A stretch of DNA of 63,919 nucleotides, filler included, from Licmophora abbreviata (taxonomy: Eukaryota), in the NCBI GenBank assembly GCA_900291995.1. It is 14 parts of 14 records of this genome, joined end to end, with 100 filler letters (N's around TTAATTAATTAA, not from the genome) between each part and the next. Parts side by side here need not be neighbours in the genome. Positions count along the whole stretch, not along the records: positions 41,824 to 59,073 come from OLMU01000368.1; positions 59,174 to 62,377 come from OLMU01000369.1; positions 62,478 to 63,919 come from OLMU01000374.1; 11 more parts are not named here. One strand, 5' to 3'. Both the position numbers and the translations under genes were made by a program. The notes beneath the pieces were generated by a model that ran no database searches, had not been told where the DNA came from, and was given only the letters and a program-made list of their open reading frames with translations. This document shows, in pieces, positions 52,935-63,919 of this stretch (position 1 is the stretch's first letter; each line of letters starts with the position of its first letter).

Positions 52935-55900
52935 AAGCGCCAGCGAAATAAAATCAATTGCACACAGTGGGTATTTACTCAAACGATCTAATGATCCTTA
53001 TCGTGGAGTCAGTCCGTTTCCGATCGCCGTGGGTACAGACAGCGCGACAAGGAGGGCAGAGGACGTATTGGCGCGGCCACGACTACAGCCTCGTGTGATG
53101 GGAACTGAAGTATTAGTAGAGGGAGAAAGTTCCAGTTTTGCGGAAACATCGGCCTTGCCCCAGCATGTTGTAAATGAGAAGAATTACGAGAAAGAGGCAA
53201 AGGAAGAAAGCGAAAAGGCTCCACTGAAACAGGCGCTTGGCGCCCTCACGTCATTCTTTGGTCTACCGAAAGCCGGTCACGCACAAGTGCATGGGAACAG
53301 TGAAGCGGAAGATGCGAGAGAGCTTTCACAGAGGAAATCGTCCACTGTTGCTGAGGCCCCTCTTTTATCACCCCCTAGAGCTAGGAGTGCGCCCATCTCG
53401 ATGAAATTGCCGCATGCGACTCCTCCTCGTGAAATCCAAGGTCGTGGCTCTATCTCACCTCCACGTGGGCGCCGCCTTACTGCCCCCTCTCGCCCGTCAT
53501 CCCTGGAGTTCGACTTTCAGGAAGATATCATCGATCCAAAGGACGGTCACATTTGGCGTTCCAAGTATTGCGTTCTGGAAGATGGCATACTGTATTTCTA
53601 TCGCAATGCGGCAGAGGGAGACTCGCCTGAGGCACAACAGGAACGGCAAGGCTCGCTTCTGGTGAATTCTGCAGCTCAGGATGGCGACGGTAGTGAGTGG
53701 ATGGATGATGACTTGTCAAAATCACCTATGGCGAGACGAAAGTTATCGCCAGTGGCTGCGAGATTGGTTGGCAATGCGCATTCTCCTCCCACGAGTACCG
53801 ACGCGGGTTTACTCTGGGAAAAACGTGTGGCATTAAATTGTGTTGGAGCAGTCCGCTCAGCAGAACAAGAGTATGGGGAATGCTCGTTTGAGTTGCTTGC
53901 TGGGGAAGGCGAAGATGCGTCATCTTCGAACAAACAGCAGGACTGGCCTACCGACAAATTGGTCTTGCGCGCGCAGGATTCTGAACATATGAATGAGTGG
54001 TTGTTTCAGTTTCATCGGTCGCTTTATTTGTTCATGCAGAACATTGTCGATGTGGTCGGGTTGATTGATGGGGGGCTCGGGTCTCAACCGCCTTCGATGC
54101 TTCGTGCTGCCGGTGACATTCACTATCCGTCCCAGTTTTTATACGAGCCACCACCTCTTGCAAACAAAGCGTTGATGCCGACGTTTAGCCCCCGAGTCCG
54201 CAGGAACAGTCCGACGTCTCTTTCGCATGGACACGGGCGCAACTCCTTACATCGAAGACGAGAAAGTCTCAAAAGGAGAGATTCGGATGTAACGCCGACC
54301 GGGATGTCAGTCAATCGGGCAACAGCGGAGAGGCGACCACCAACCCGGGTGACCCCTGACGTTTCCGAGCGAGCAGATCGCGGAGAACCTGAGTCGACAT
54401 CCCAGTTTGCCCTTGACATGTCCCCTGAAATGACGAGCGCACCCGCAACTTTTCCTGAAACAGAAAGGCCCAAGCCTGTCGACATGACACGAAAGTACAT
54501 CCCTCCGCATCTTCGCAACAAGAATGGGGGTGAGCGCTCTGGCGGTGGGAGATACATACCCCCACACCTACGTGGGCAGGCTGGAAATCCCCCTACCTCA
54601 AAGTCGCCCGGTCCACCTCTTCACGAAAGTGCAATCGATGCTCCATGGGCTTTAGAGCAAGATAACGCTCCGCCTGATGGTGTCTTTGAAATGTCAATCG
54701 ATGAGCCTGTGGCAGTGCCTTTGGACGTGCCATTCAAACTTGGCGGCTGTGCTGATCCCTCAGTTGTGGTTGGGTCAATCATTGATCAGATTTTTAAGTC
54801 GAGATCCGCATCAAAAATCGGCCAGGTTCACACAGATGGCTACGGGGCCTACGGGGGAGGTTTCAAGGTTCCTAGCAGCGAGGAGGATAGTCTACAGTGG
54901 GAGCTAGGTGCCGTGTCCAAATGCGGCGTGCCAAAAAATAACCAAGACTCGTATATTGTCGCGAGTGATCTGCTACATGCGTTTGATTCACTCACCACAA
55001 ACGTGGGTGAGTTGGCGGACTCACAGCTCTGGACGGGAACGAACAGTCACCAGCCAGGACTTTTTGCCGTATTTGATGGTCACGCTGGGGATCAGGCTGC
55101 GAGATACGCAGCCGAGAAATTTCCTCATTTTCTTTTTGAGGAATCAAAAGACGATCGCAACGACCTCAGAGGAAACATCGAAAATGTCGAAAATGTGGTT
55201 CGAAAGGCCATTGCGAATCTTGACCAGTCTTTTTGTCGTCTATGTACTGAGGACGGTCGCGACTGGGAGTCGGGAAGTACTGCACTCGTCGCCTTAGTGG
55301 CACATGAGCACCTAGTGATTGCGAATCTTGGAGACTGCCGTGGAATCATTAGTCAATCTGTTCGCACTGGAGACGATAGGGGTCCACGGATGCTGCACAA
55401 AGGATGGTCGGAGCTCGAGCTGGAAGATCATGAATCAACAAGAGATCGGAAATGGGTTAGAGCCACAGGAGATGATTCATTTGAAGAGTCCAGGTCCGTT
55501 CGTGTCTTCTATCGGGAAGTGACTGACATTCACAGCCCTGGTCGTGAGGATGAGCATGAGCGAATCAAAGATGCCAAGGGATGGATCACTACGGAAAAAG
55601 AAATCCCAAGTGGCCAATTGCAGCGAATGGACTTTTGCGACGAGGATGTGGTTGAGATTCTGAAGCGTTGTTTCTCGGATCGCTATCACCGTTCTCAGAC
55701 GTCCTCGCCGAAGCGATTCAACTCTGCACCACATCGAATCCTGAATATTTCCCGAGTGTGTGGTGAGCTGACAGTGAGCCGCGCACTCGGTGACCGAGAC
55801 TTTAAAAAGTCTTTCAACAATTCATCGTCTCACTCGCCGAGAGAAGACGAACTATGGGACGGTCCCATGTTCTTCCCGTATCCGGAGAATCACACCCGCA

Positions 55901-56269
55901 AGTTCAAGGGTGATCTTGTCAGTGCTCTCCCCGAGGTCCAGACACTTCGGATCGCTGAAGAGGGGGTGATCGAGGAGTTTCTTCTCCTCGCATGCGATGG
56001 CTTGTGGGATGTCATGGACCCTGACGATGCAATTCGGGTGACTCGAGGTCTTTTGTTCGAGAAGAAGTGGACGGCCAAAGAAGCCGTAAGTAGTGTCGCG
56101 GCGTGCTCTTTTGTGTCAAGTGTGCATAAACTTACCATATTATCTCTTTTTTTATTGCCTCTAGGCCGCACGTCTAGCGCAATTGGGTATCCATCTTGGC
56201 TCCTCCGATAACATTACCGTGATTGTGATTCGCTTTTTCACTGGCCCGCAGCGCGACGCGAGCACCTGA
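52935..56269 (+). CDS. PH-domain PP2C (PPM) protein phosphatase; intron 56086-56164; further 5' exon(s) likely (~52390-52890)
   Basis: Split PH: HSGYLLKRS..WRSKYCVLEDGILYFY..LVLRA..EWL. PP2C: NQDSY, VFDGHAG, GSTA, ANLGDCR, VSRALGD, LACDGLWDV, SSDNITVIV. Confidence 0.88.
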
Positions 56270-56410
56270 GAGGTGACTGTAGTTCCGCTGTCTCAAGTTA
56301 GCATTTGTTTAGGACGACTGTTCAATAGTAATCTGAAAGAGAGCTCCTTCTGTGTCGTCGATCGAGTTGGGAGACGATCTTGAGATCGTTATTCTTCACA
56401 GTTTGAAGAT

Positions 56411-56447
56411 AGTCGAATGAGTCGAAACATAAATGACTCATTCGACT
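56411..56447. repeat. 13-bp inverted repeat inside a GAGTC/GACTC-rich intergenic cluster
   Basis: AGTCGAATGAGTC (56411-56423) and GACTCATTCGACT (56435-56447). Confidence 0.8.
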
Positions 56448-56549
56448 CATCCAGTCGCGAGTGAGTCGAGTCAGTCAGATACACAACACTCTCACATCTC
56501 GCAACAACCACGCCGTGACCATGGCCAGCGCTGCACATCGGTCGTCGCT

Positions 56550-57915
56550 ATGACGGGTAGCACCATAGGGCTCGTTCAATTACTGCTCGCTTGCAGCATG
56601 ACCCTCGCGCTCGCTTTCCCGCCGAGCAGAATGATGGGGGCACTAGTGCTGCCGCCTTTGCTGGGAACCTGTAGCAGCCGGCTCGTGTTGGCCCGATCCG
56701 TTGTGGGCCATGACATCACAAGGCGCCCGACATCATCTCATTGCGCAGCCAGTGTGCAGCCTCATGACCAGGAACGAATATTCTCTTTGCCTGAAAGCAA
56801 ATCTCAGGAGCAGCAGCTGCGTTTTGATCCGAGTAAACCCTACTTTCCTATATTCTACAACGATGTTTACGAAGTTCAACTGCCAGAAGGTCACCGCTTT
56901 CCTATGAAAAAATATCGACAAGTACGGAAACTGGTGCAAGAAAGGATCTCGAATCTACCAGATGAAGAGCGAGAACGAATTACATGTGGTATGTTCACTA
57001 GAGAGTCTTCGGGAATGATGCTTGTTGACGATATTCGAAGCTCTCACTTTCATACTTGGTTGTAGAGCTGCGAGTCAGCCCCATCGCCTCCGTGGAGGAG
57101 CTGACGACTACTCATAGTCCAGAATATGTTGATCGATATCTACGAGGGGACATGACCGTGTCGGAGTCGCGCAACGTAGGCTTTCCGTGGAGCACGGACG
57201 GTGTGGCTCGTTCCTTGAGCTCCGTGGGTGGAACGGTTGCGGCGGCAGTGTCCATCTGTGACGCTCTCCGAGAAACCGATGCCGAGTGCACAAAGGAGAA
57301 ACCCCCTATATGGGCATCTCATCTAGCTGGAGGAACGCATCATGCTTTTTACGATCGTGGGGAGGGGTTCTGCGTCTTTAGTGACATTGCTGTGGCTGCA
57401 AATGTCGTGCTGAAAAGATATCCACGCTTCATTCGAAGAGTGCTGATTATTGATCTCGATGTACATCAGGGGAACGGGAATGCCGTCTTGTTTCAAGGGA
57501 GAGACGATGTGTTAACGTTCAGTATGCATTGCGATGCCAACTATTTTTCGCCCAAGGAAGAATCCGATCTAGATATCGAACTGCCAGCGGGCTGCAACGA
57601 TGAAACCTACCTTGCTACGCTTCGGCACTGGCTGAAACAGGTTGATCTACAGGCGGCGATTTCGACATGATTTTCTTTCAATCGGGAGTAGATGGATTAG
57701 GAGATGATCGACTAGGACGTATGCAGCTGACCAGTGAAGGATTGCAACGTCGGAACGCGCATGTCTTTGACTTCGCGTTCAGCAAGAAAGTGCCGCTGGT
57801 CATCACAATGGGAGGTGGATATCCTCGCCACGGCCTCCCATGGACTCCTGTTCTGGAAGCACATGCGAATGTATACACCCAAGCGCATCAATACCTTAGA
57901 AACAAAGCAGTATAA
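56550..57915 (+). CDS. Zn-dependent deacetylase (HDAC superfamily, HDAC11/AcuC-like) with plastid-type presequence; intron 56989-57065; frameshift near 57652
   Basis: HRFPMKKY, GGTHHA, GFCVFSDIA, DLDVHQGNG, FQSGVD..DDRLG, MGGGY; signal ...TLALA-FPP. One extra G (CAG GGC GGC GAT) fuses the last two ORFs. Confidence 0.88.
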
Positions 57916-58083
57916 GATGTGAAGCTGAGATGAAGCGTACTTGTACTCGTTTTTGTCTGACCGTCCCACAGCTTCCCAGACGAACTTTTTCTTAGGAATC
58001 CGGAATCTTCTGATACTCATGATCGCGGTAACATCATGACGATCTGGCGATGGGAAAACAGCGGCAGCGCCGAGACACTCACA

Positions 58084-58102
58084 CTCTCTCTCTCTCTCTC
58101 TC
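58084..58102 (+). repeat. (CT)n microsatellite in the TBP 5' region
   Basis: About nine CT units ending ~20 bp before the ATG. Confidence 0.9.
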
Positions 58103-58122
58103 CCTCGCCTCTGTCCATCACG

Positions 58123-59028
58123 ATGGCGTCCACGTCGCAACAACAGGGGCAAGACAATGATGACGGTGGTGGTAAACCAGCAGCGTCACCACAGAATGGG
58201 TCATTGCCGGCCGCCCATGCGCCGAGTCTGGCGGGATCGGTGATTGAAGCCTCGGACGGTCTGGGAGGCACCAATTACATACGGATTCAGAACATTTCCA
58301 GTACTGGTGTGTCGCAATCCGAAGAGACTGATAATTCGCATCTCGCTTAATTTAATGTGCCTCTCATCCTCGTTTGTGTGCTGTATTTTGTTTCGTTTTG
58401 TTTTCACATAGCAAATTTGGGAGTGCGATTGGACTTGAAAAAGATTGCCCTCAAGTGCCGGAACACCGAATTCAATCCTCGCCGATTCGGTGCTGTAATC
58501 ATGCGTCTGCGGGAGCCTCGTGCGACGGCGTTGATTTTTGCGTCGGGGAAAATGTGCGTCACGGGCGTCAAGTCCGCTCACAATGCGACTTTGGCCGCGA
58601 AAAAGTTTGCATACATTGTGGAACGAGTCGGGTTTAAGCCACAAGATTATATGGATTTCAAGATCCAATGTATTGTGGGGACTGCGGATGTCGGTTTTCC
58701 AATTCGATTGGAGGGATTGGTGTATGCGCATTCTACATTTGCCAGCTATGAGCCAGAGCTCTTTCCCGGATTGATCTATCGACTTGTGAGTCCGCGAGTC
58801 GTGTTCTTGATCTTTGTATCGGGCAAAGTTGTAATTACGGGCGCCAAGACAGAGAATGATCTGAGTCAAGCGTACACAAAAATGTATCCCGTCTTGTTGG
58901 AGTATCGCAAGGTTCAAGTGGCCAGCCTTCCGGGATTGGCGTCGACTACTGCGGCGGCACTTCCTGCGGCAGGCGGAGCAGCGACGACGGATGGGGCAGA
59001 TTCGCAGAGGCAAATGGAAGAAGTTTGA
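58123..59028 (+). CDS. TBP: TATA-box binding protein; intron 58307-58411
   Basis: [80 protein letters not shown]. Confidence 0.96.
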
Positions 59029-59073
59029 TGATTTGGTGGGAAAACATTATATGTGGCTCTGACATGGGTAAGA

Positions 59074-59173
59074 NNNNNNNNNNNNNNNNNNNNNNNNNNN
59101 NNNNNNNNNNNNNNNNNTTAATTAATTAANNNNNNNNNNNNNNNNNNNNNNNNNNNNNNNNNNNNNNNNNNNN
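59074..59173. other. Artificial assembly spacer
   Basis: N44-TTAATTAATTAA-N44. Confidence 0.99.
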
Positions 59174-59520
59174 AAGATGGCTTAAACGGGGGGAGATGGA
59201 ACCCGTGGTCGGCGAAGCAACTCATTCTGGGCACAAGGGTTTCGTTTCATTACAGCCAGCCGACCGTATTGAGTGAACGAATAGTCACGACGAAATGATA
59301 GCTCTGATTCCGATGTAATAGATCTATATTGATTCTTGTTAGTTGACTGTATCAGAGAGCAATCTGATGCCTCGCATCAAGACGTGGGTCGCATCCCTTG
59401 TGACTGAGCTTGAGAATCCGTAGCAACGACAACGCGAACTCGTTCAAGGAGATAGATCCATTCCCAGCGAGACATGCAGATTCGATTCCCTCGACAGTGC
59501 TATGTACTCCATACCCATCT

Positions 59521-59730
59521 TTATTTCACATCGAAGCCTTCCGACCGTAGGCATGCCTTGTGCTCTTCGATCAACTTGATGCAGTCTGCGTGATCTTCTC
59601 CCTTGAAAACCACACATTCGTCGCGCGCTTGCTTTGTTTCGGGACAGCAACAGCAGATCTTCTTTCCAGTCTTGATTCCGACCTTTTCGGTCAGTGGCGG
59701 AGCAGCGGGTGTTGATGCCTTGTTTCCCAT
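59521..59730 (-). CDS. COX17: Cytochrome c oxidase copper chaperone COX17
   Basis: KICCCCPETKQARDECV..GED..DCIKLIEEHKACLRSEGF (Cu-binding CC plus twin CX9C). Confidence 0.95.
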   Translation of the reverse strand: MGNKASTPAAPPLTEKVGIKTGKKICCCCPETKQARDECVVFKGEDHADCIKLIEEHKACLRSEGFDVK

Positions 59731-60061
59731 CTTGCTGTTGATTCTATGCTCTGCTGGTGCTTGTGGTGTGCCGTCTAGCAGTGTGTTCACTTTGCTTCCT
59801 CTATGGCCATCGGCACATCAGTGGCGCGGGAAAAGTGTGGCAGACTGCAGAATGGCCTCTGACTCGACTGACTCGTTGGCAGGTTTTGCGTTGAAGCTCG
59901 ACATTCCTGATTCCATGAGCGCCTGGCAGTATTCGCGCGCCGCTCTCACCATCGACGCTCTTGCCACATTATTTCGTCCGCCCGATCATGTTATACCGAT
60001 ACTTTCAACATGTCACGTCTGGAGTAGACTAGTTCTATCAGATGGCAGATACTCCCCCGTT

Positions 60062-61718
60062 TTATTTTTTCTTTGGTCGGTCTCTAGCCACATCGAGCTC
60101 TGGGTGCACAATTTGCAGGCTCTTGATCGCCTCCTCCACTTCCGGACCCGATCCGTTTCCCCCAATTTCCAAAACGCGCAGTTTCGAGGTGAATCCTTCG
60201 TGACTGATCGCAGCAAGAGAATTCATCAACAAGACGACCGAGGCTACACTGGCGTCGTTGCCTCCCAGGTCCAGGTTAAGAAGAGATGGATGCCCGCCTC
60301 GTAGTACATCTGCCATAGCTTCAAAGCCCTCGGACCGCAGTTTGTTGTTGAAGAGTCGTAAAGTTGCAAGGCTTGTGCACCGAAGCATGGCGACGGCTCC
60401 ATCCACTCCACATTCTGTGTTTGTGAGATCCAGACTCTTCAGAACTCTATTTTGATCAACGCGTTCCCCGTTATCAGATTTGTGGGACAGACTCTGTGCT
60501 ATGCTCTTGACACCCTTTTCTGTCAGTGCATTCCCCGCCAAAGACAGTTCCTCGAGGTGCGTCCAATGCGAGACACTTCCGTCGAAAAGCGATCTTGACA
60601 GACTTTGGGCTCCGGATTCTGTGAGTCTATTGTTCGAGAGGTTGAGGGTCTGCAGTATCTGGTGGGGCGTACTAACAGCTGCTTCGCATATACTTGCGAA
60701 CCCATCATCGTCAATACCACAACCCGACAACGATAATGAGTACAGAAAGGGTATCTTGCTTTTCATCGCGACTGAAACGAGTACGCATGCCTCTGTCTGG
60801 ATCGGATTATTGTCCAGCACAAGCCTCAACTTCTGCACGGACCTTCCACTGGAATCCTCCGGGAACAAACACCCCCTCAGAACTTTCAATCTATCGGGGT
60901 CGAGGTTGCATTCTGAGAAATTCAGTTCCTCCAAAGCCAGAAATGCTGACCCGTCCCCTCTCTGGGGCCAGTTTGACCGCATGAAATCTATATCATCGAC
61001 TAGCTTTGCATTGCGCGAAAGATCGATTTCCTTCAAATGCTTGCTTGCCCCTAGAGCGCGCCCCACTGCCACAAACCCTGTCGTTGAACTGTGTGTGCGT
61101 AAGTGTCATACGCTGTGAGAGCTTGGGTCCAGTGACTGCAGAGAATTTGCCTTTTCACACATCTCGCTTCAACATACATGTCTTTCCATGCAAGGTCTAG
61201 TGATTCTATCTTCCCTCCGTCTACCCTTTCAAGTTCTTTGCAGAATGCCATGATCCCGCTGTCCCCCATGTTCCGGTCTCCAAAGGCCAAGCGCACAAGC
61301 GACGACTTGTCCTGGGCTAGCGCAGCACCGAAGCGAGCCAAACAAGCCGGAGGTAGAGAATGCCCCGAAGCACTAAGGGAATTGAGATGCGTATTCGCAC
61401 CGGTTGCTGCAGCGACGAGGACAGTCGGTAAGGAGGATGACAGGTGAGGATGCGCCTAGTAACTTTCATTCACTCACCGAGAGCAGTAGAAATACGTTCC
61501 ATTTCAGCAACCCCAAACGACTTCATGGGGAGAATCACAAGTTCGGTCAGTGTCGGGTCGTTGGACTCCACGCGGGCGAGCAGCGCGTCGCAGGACCGGG
61601 CGCTGCCTCCGCTTCCCCTGTTGAAGAAAATTGAAATTTGAAAAGCGACCAGGCTGAGCAGAACCTTCTTCAGTGGGATTTCCTTTCACTTTTAAAAGTA
61701 TACGTACCAAGCTGACAT
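60062..61718 (-). CDS. RI-type leucine-rich-repeat protein; introns 61618-61707, 61407-61477, 61089-61177
   Basis: Spliced N-terminus [30 protein letters not shown]; repeated LxxLxLxxNxL units ([31 protein letters not shown]). Splices keep the frame. Confidence 0.82.
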
Positions 61719-62063
61719 GGTGATGTGAATAGCAATCGTTTGAACGCCCCTCGGGTACAGAGTGAAGTGCGATGACGAGATGCCGCCGCGGTGTGATGAG
61801 GGTTGAAAAAGTGCGCGACTACTTTTTCGCGCTATCGCGTCGTGGCGCCCGTGTGGCCGGAGCTCTCTCTGTCAGATGTTTCGTGTTGATGAACCGGTGC
61901 CCAATTTGAAGGACGATCTATCTCAGTCACATCTTTCGCGGCATGTTTCATGTTGCTTAGATTACGCAGTATACAATATGCCTTCTTTTAGCTATAAGTC
62001 ACCTACGTACTACTGCGCATTGCAAGTTGCGAAACATACTATCTGTAGCTAGCATGACACGCG

Positions 62064-62377
62064 CTAGGAGGCACTGGCGTATGCCATGTGCGAGCGGGTG
62101 GTCTCCTGTTCCAGTGGACGTCCCATGAGATGAGGAATTGCCTCTTCTGGTGTCAGCGTCTTATGAATGAGAGCGTGCACCACACGGAACAGAGGCAGTT
62201 CAAGACCACACATGTCAGCATAGGCCACAGCGACATCCGCTGTAGGTACGCCCTCAACTGTGAAGTCCTTCTCTATATCCGCGATCGCTTCGCCCTTCAT
62301 CAGACGCTGTCCGCACCGCTGGTTGCGACTTTGCGACGAAAAGCAAGTCAGCATCAAATCTCCGATGCCTGACAACC
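62064..62377 (-). CDS. NAD(P)-dependent glycerol-3-phosphate dehydrogenase, C-terminal fragment
   Basis: LSGIGDLMLTCFSSQSRN..G, VEGVPTA, ELPLF, LMGRP; the 5' part is lost at the spacer. Confidence 0.9.
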
Positions 62378-62477
62378 NNNNNNNNNNNNNNNNNNNNNNN
62401 NNNNNNNNNNNNNNNNNNNNNTTAATTAATTAANNNNNNNNNNNNNNNNNNNNNNNNNNNNNNNNNNNNNNNNNNNN
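62378..62477. other. Artificial assembly spacer
   Basis: N44-TTAATTAATTAA-N44. Confidence 0.99.
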
Positions 62478-63615
62478 GTGGTTGTGGTTTATGGCCATTA
62501 GCAATGGTTTCGAGCATTTCGACCTCTCCATCATGCGTCGACAACGATTCGTTGGTACAAGTTGTACTCGTCGTCTCGGAAGAAGGCCGCCTGGCCTGGA
62601 CGTAGCAATGAAGCTCGTCACTGTCGAATGACCGTGGGAAGCCACGTTCTTCTTCAGAGATCGGATCTGATGGCAGCCTTTTGTTGATCAGCGGCTGAGT
62701 GGAATCTGCTAATGAAACGGGTGAATTCGATTGCAGTGGATTCGACCGCGGCTCTGCATTGGCTACTGCGGCACTCGTAGTCGCCGGCTGTGGCAACGGA
62801 GGAAAAGATATTGTTGCCGAAGAAGCACTCGCCGGCGCTGGTCGTGCGGGTAAAGACGGGGTATTTTTCGAAACATCGTGTGCGGTCGTTGGTTGGGTGC
62901 TGACTCCTAGTGTAGGCGCTTGTGTCGGTGCGAGCGATGAGAGAAAGGGATTCGGAAGCGCGTGTTCCCATCCAGCTGGCCTTGGTCCGATCAGTGAAAT
63001 GGACGGCTGAGGTGTGGGGCCTATGATTGGAGATTTCGAGGCAGGTGCCAGTATACCTAGCTGGTGGAGCATGCTAGTAGTACAGCGAGGAGCAGCTGTT
63101 AGCATCGAAGTCCAGCTGGCGTCAACTCCTGGTAGAGCATATCCGATACCCACAATGTTCTGGCTAGGTCTCACGCCTATGCCACCGAAAAAAGGCTCCA
63201 TCATTGCTTGATGCCCAGAAAAGTACGCATCTGGAGCGCGAAAGTTGTCCCGTATTCTTCTGTCGCTCGCAGTACGAGTCTGTCCCCCAGCACTTTCGGT
63301 TCGCGGCCTTTCTCGCAAGGCCTGCTTCGTTTTCGCCAACGCTCGCTCTATGCTCACTTCACGCCACACAATTTCGTCAGGGGATCCCCCCTCGGCGTGC
63401 TCCAAGAATCGACCATTGTTTGCATGTACCGCATCCACTATTTGCTGCGCCAACGAGCTCTTGGCGTGCCATGATCGCGTCGAGCTATACTCGGCCCTGC
63501 ACTGCGAGACCAAATGTAAAAATTGCAGGTTTCCCTCGTGGCCTCTAGTCGCCGCGCCTCTCCCAAGCAGAACGTCACAACCTCTTGGTTCAGAGAAAGA
63601 AGATGAGGAGGCCAT
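62478..63615 (-). CDS. DUF6824-domain protein with low-complexity tail (3' partial)
   Basis: DVLLGRG....HEGNLQF..LV....EY......KSSLAQQIVDAVHANNGRFL....WREVSIERALAKTKQALRE. Confidence 0.82.
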
Positions 63616-63919
63616 GGTCCATGATGCCAGTTGGTATGCCCCCACCAACGTTCCCTCTTTTGCCCGGTTTCGTGTTCATTCCAACTTTTCAGGCCGAAGT
63701 ATTTTCAATTTGTCGGGCGGCCGACGCCCTGTTTATTGTTTATTCATTCACGCGTCTGTTCACGAAAAAATTTCAAAGTGTGCGAGTAAGGGGAAACTCC
63801 GGGTTACGTTGTCCGGCGAAAAAAGTGTCGACATGTTTTTATCAAGAGCTCGAATCCACTCTAGTAAAAAGCACGACATACGAGCTCAATTTTAGGAAAT
63901 TATTTTCGGAGCCCAAAAA

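Noticed and set aside
22056..57653. Programmed ribosomal frameshifting or pseudogenisation in four genes
   Set aside because: Shifts go in both directions, share no slippery heptamer, all fall in homopolymers, and there is no other decay. Sequencing error is the simpler explanation.
1239..62477. Regularly recurring TTAATTAATTAA flanked by N runs, superficially like a repeat array
   Set aside because: Identical 100-bp synthetic linker with six-frame stops; not biological. ORF tails such as XXXLIN come from it.
17425..63895. Long antisense or alternative-frame ORFs (e.g. 17425-18126, 19342-20085, 45721-46422, 58201-59013, 59603-60304, 63245-63895)
   Set aside because: They overlap well-supported genes and show no recognisable motifs; these are shadow ORFs expected at this GC content.
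1..63919. Prokaryotic defence systems, CRISPR arrays, rRNA or tRNA genes
   Set aside because: The sequence is spliceosomal-intron eukaryotic DNA. No repeat-spacer array or structural RNA was recognisable by eye; a covariance-model scan was not possible.

Overview
Eukaryotic, gene-dense DNA, very probably from a diatom (inferred from short GT-AG introns of about 76-165 bp, signal peptide + ASAFAP-like plastid presequences and DUF6824 proteins). It is a draft assembly of 14 contig pieces joined by 13 artificial 100-bp spacers (N44-TTAATTAATTAA-N44). At four spacers the flanks overlap, so at least part of the order is genuine. About 35 protein genes can be modelled, mostly housekeeping: TSR2, RRP15, TBP, SDHAF2, COX17, RAD18, a MUS81-like nuclease, TIMELESS, cereblon, cystinosin, LACS, NHE, three MFS transporters, PH-PP2C, a deacetylase and GPDH. 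Four genes have single-base frameshifts, all at homopolymer runs, which are most likely sequencing errors. Best candidate for an undescribed system: a block at 23.9-33.1 kb of intronless secretory-pathway genes (DM9-like + PhyH dioxygenase, NIPA/DMT transporter, SRCR + PhyH dioxygenase, CE2-type acetylesterase, TupA-like ATP-grasp ligase) that could tailor cell-surface glycans. Also notable: an MLO-like membrane protein with EF-hands and a plastid-type presequence, a recurring NPY[AK] peptide in two DNA-repair proteins, a rearranged MUS81 architecture and a 61-bp perfect inverted repeat. No rRNA, tRNA, CRISPR array or recognisable transposase was seen. All family calls come from motif recognition by eye; no database searches were run.
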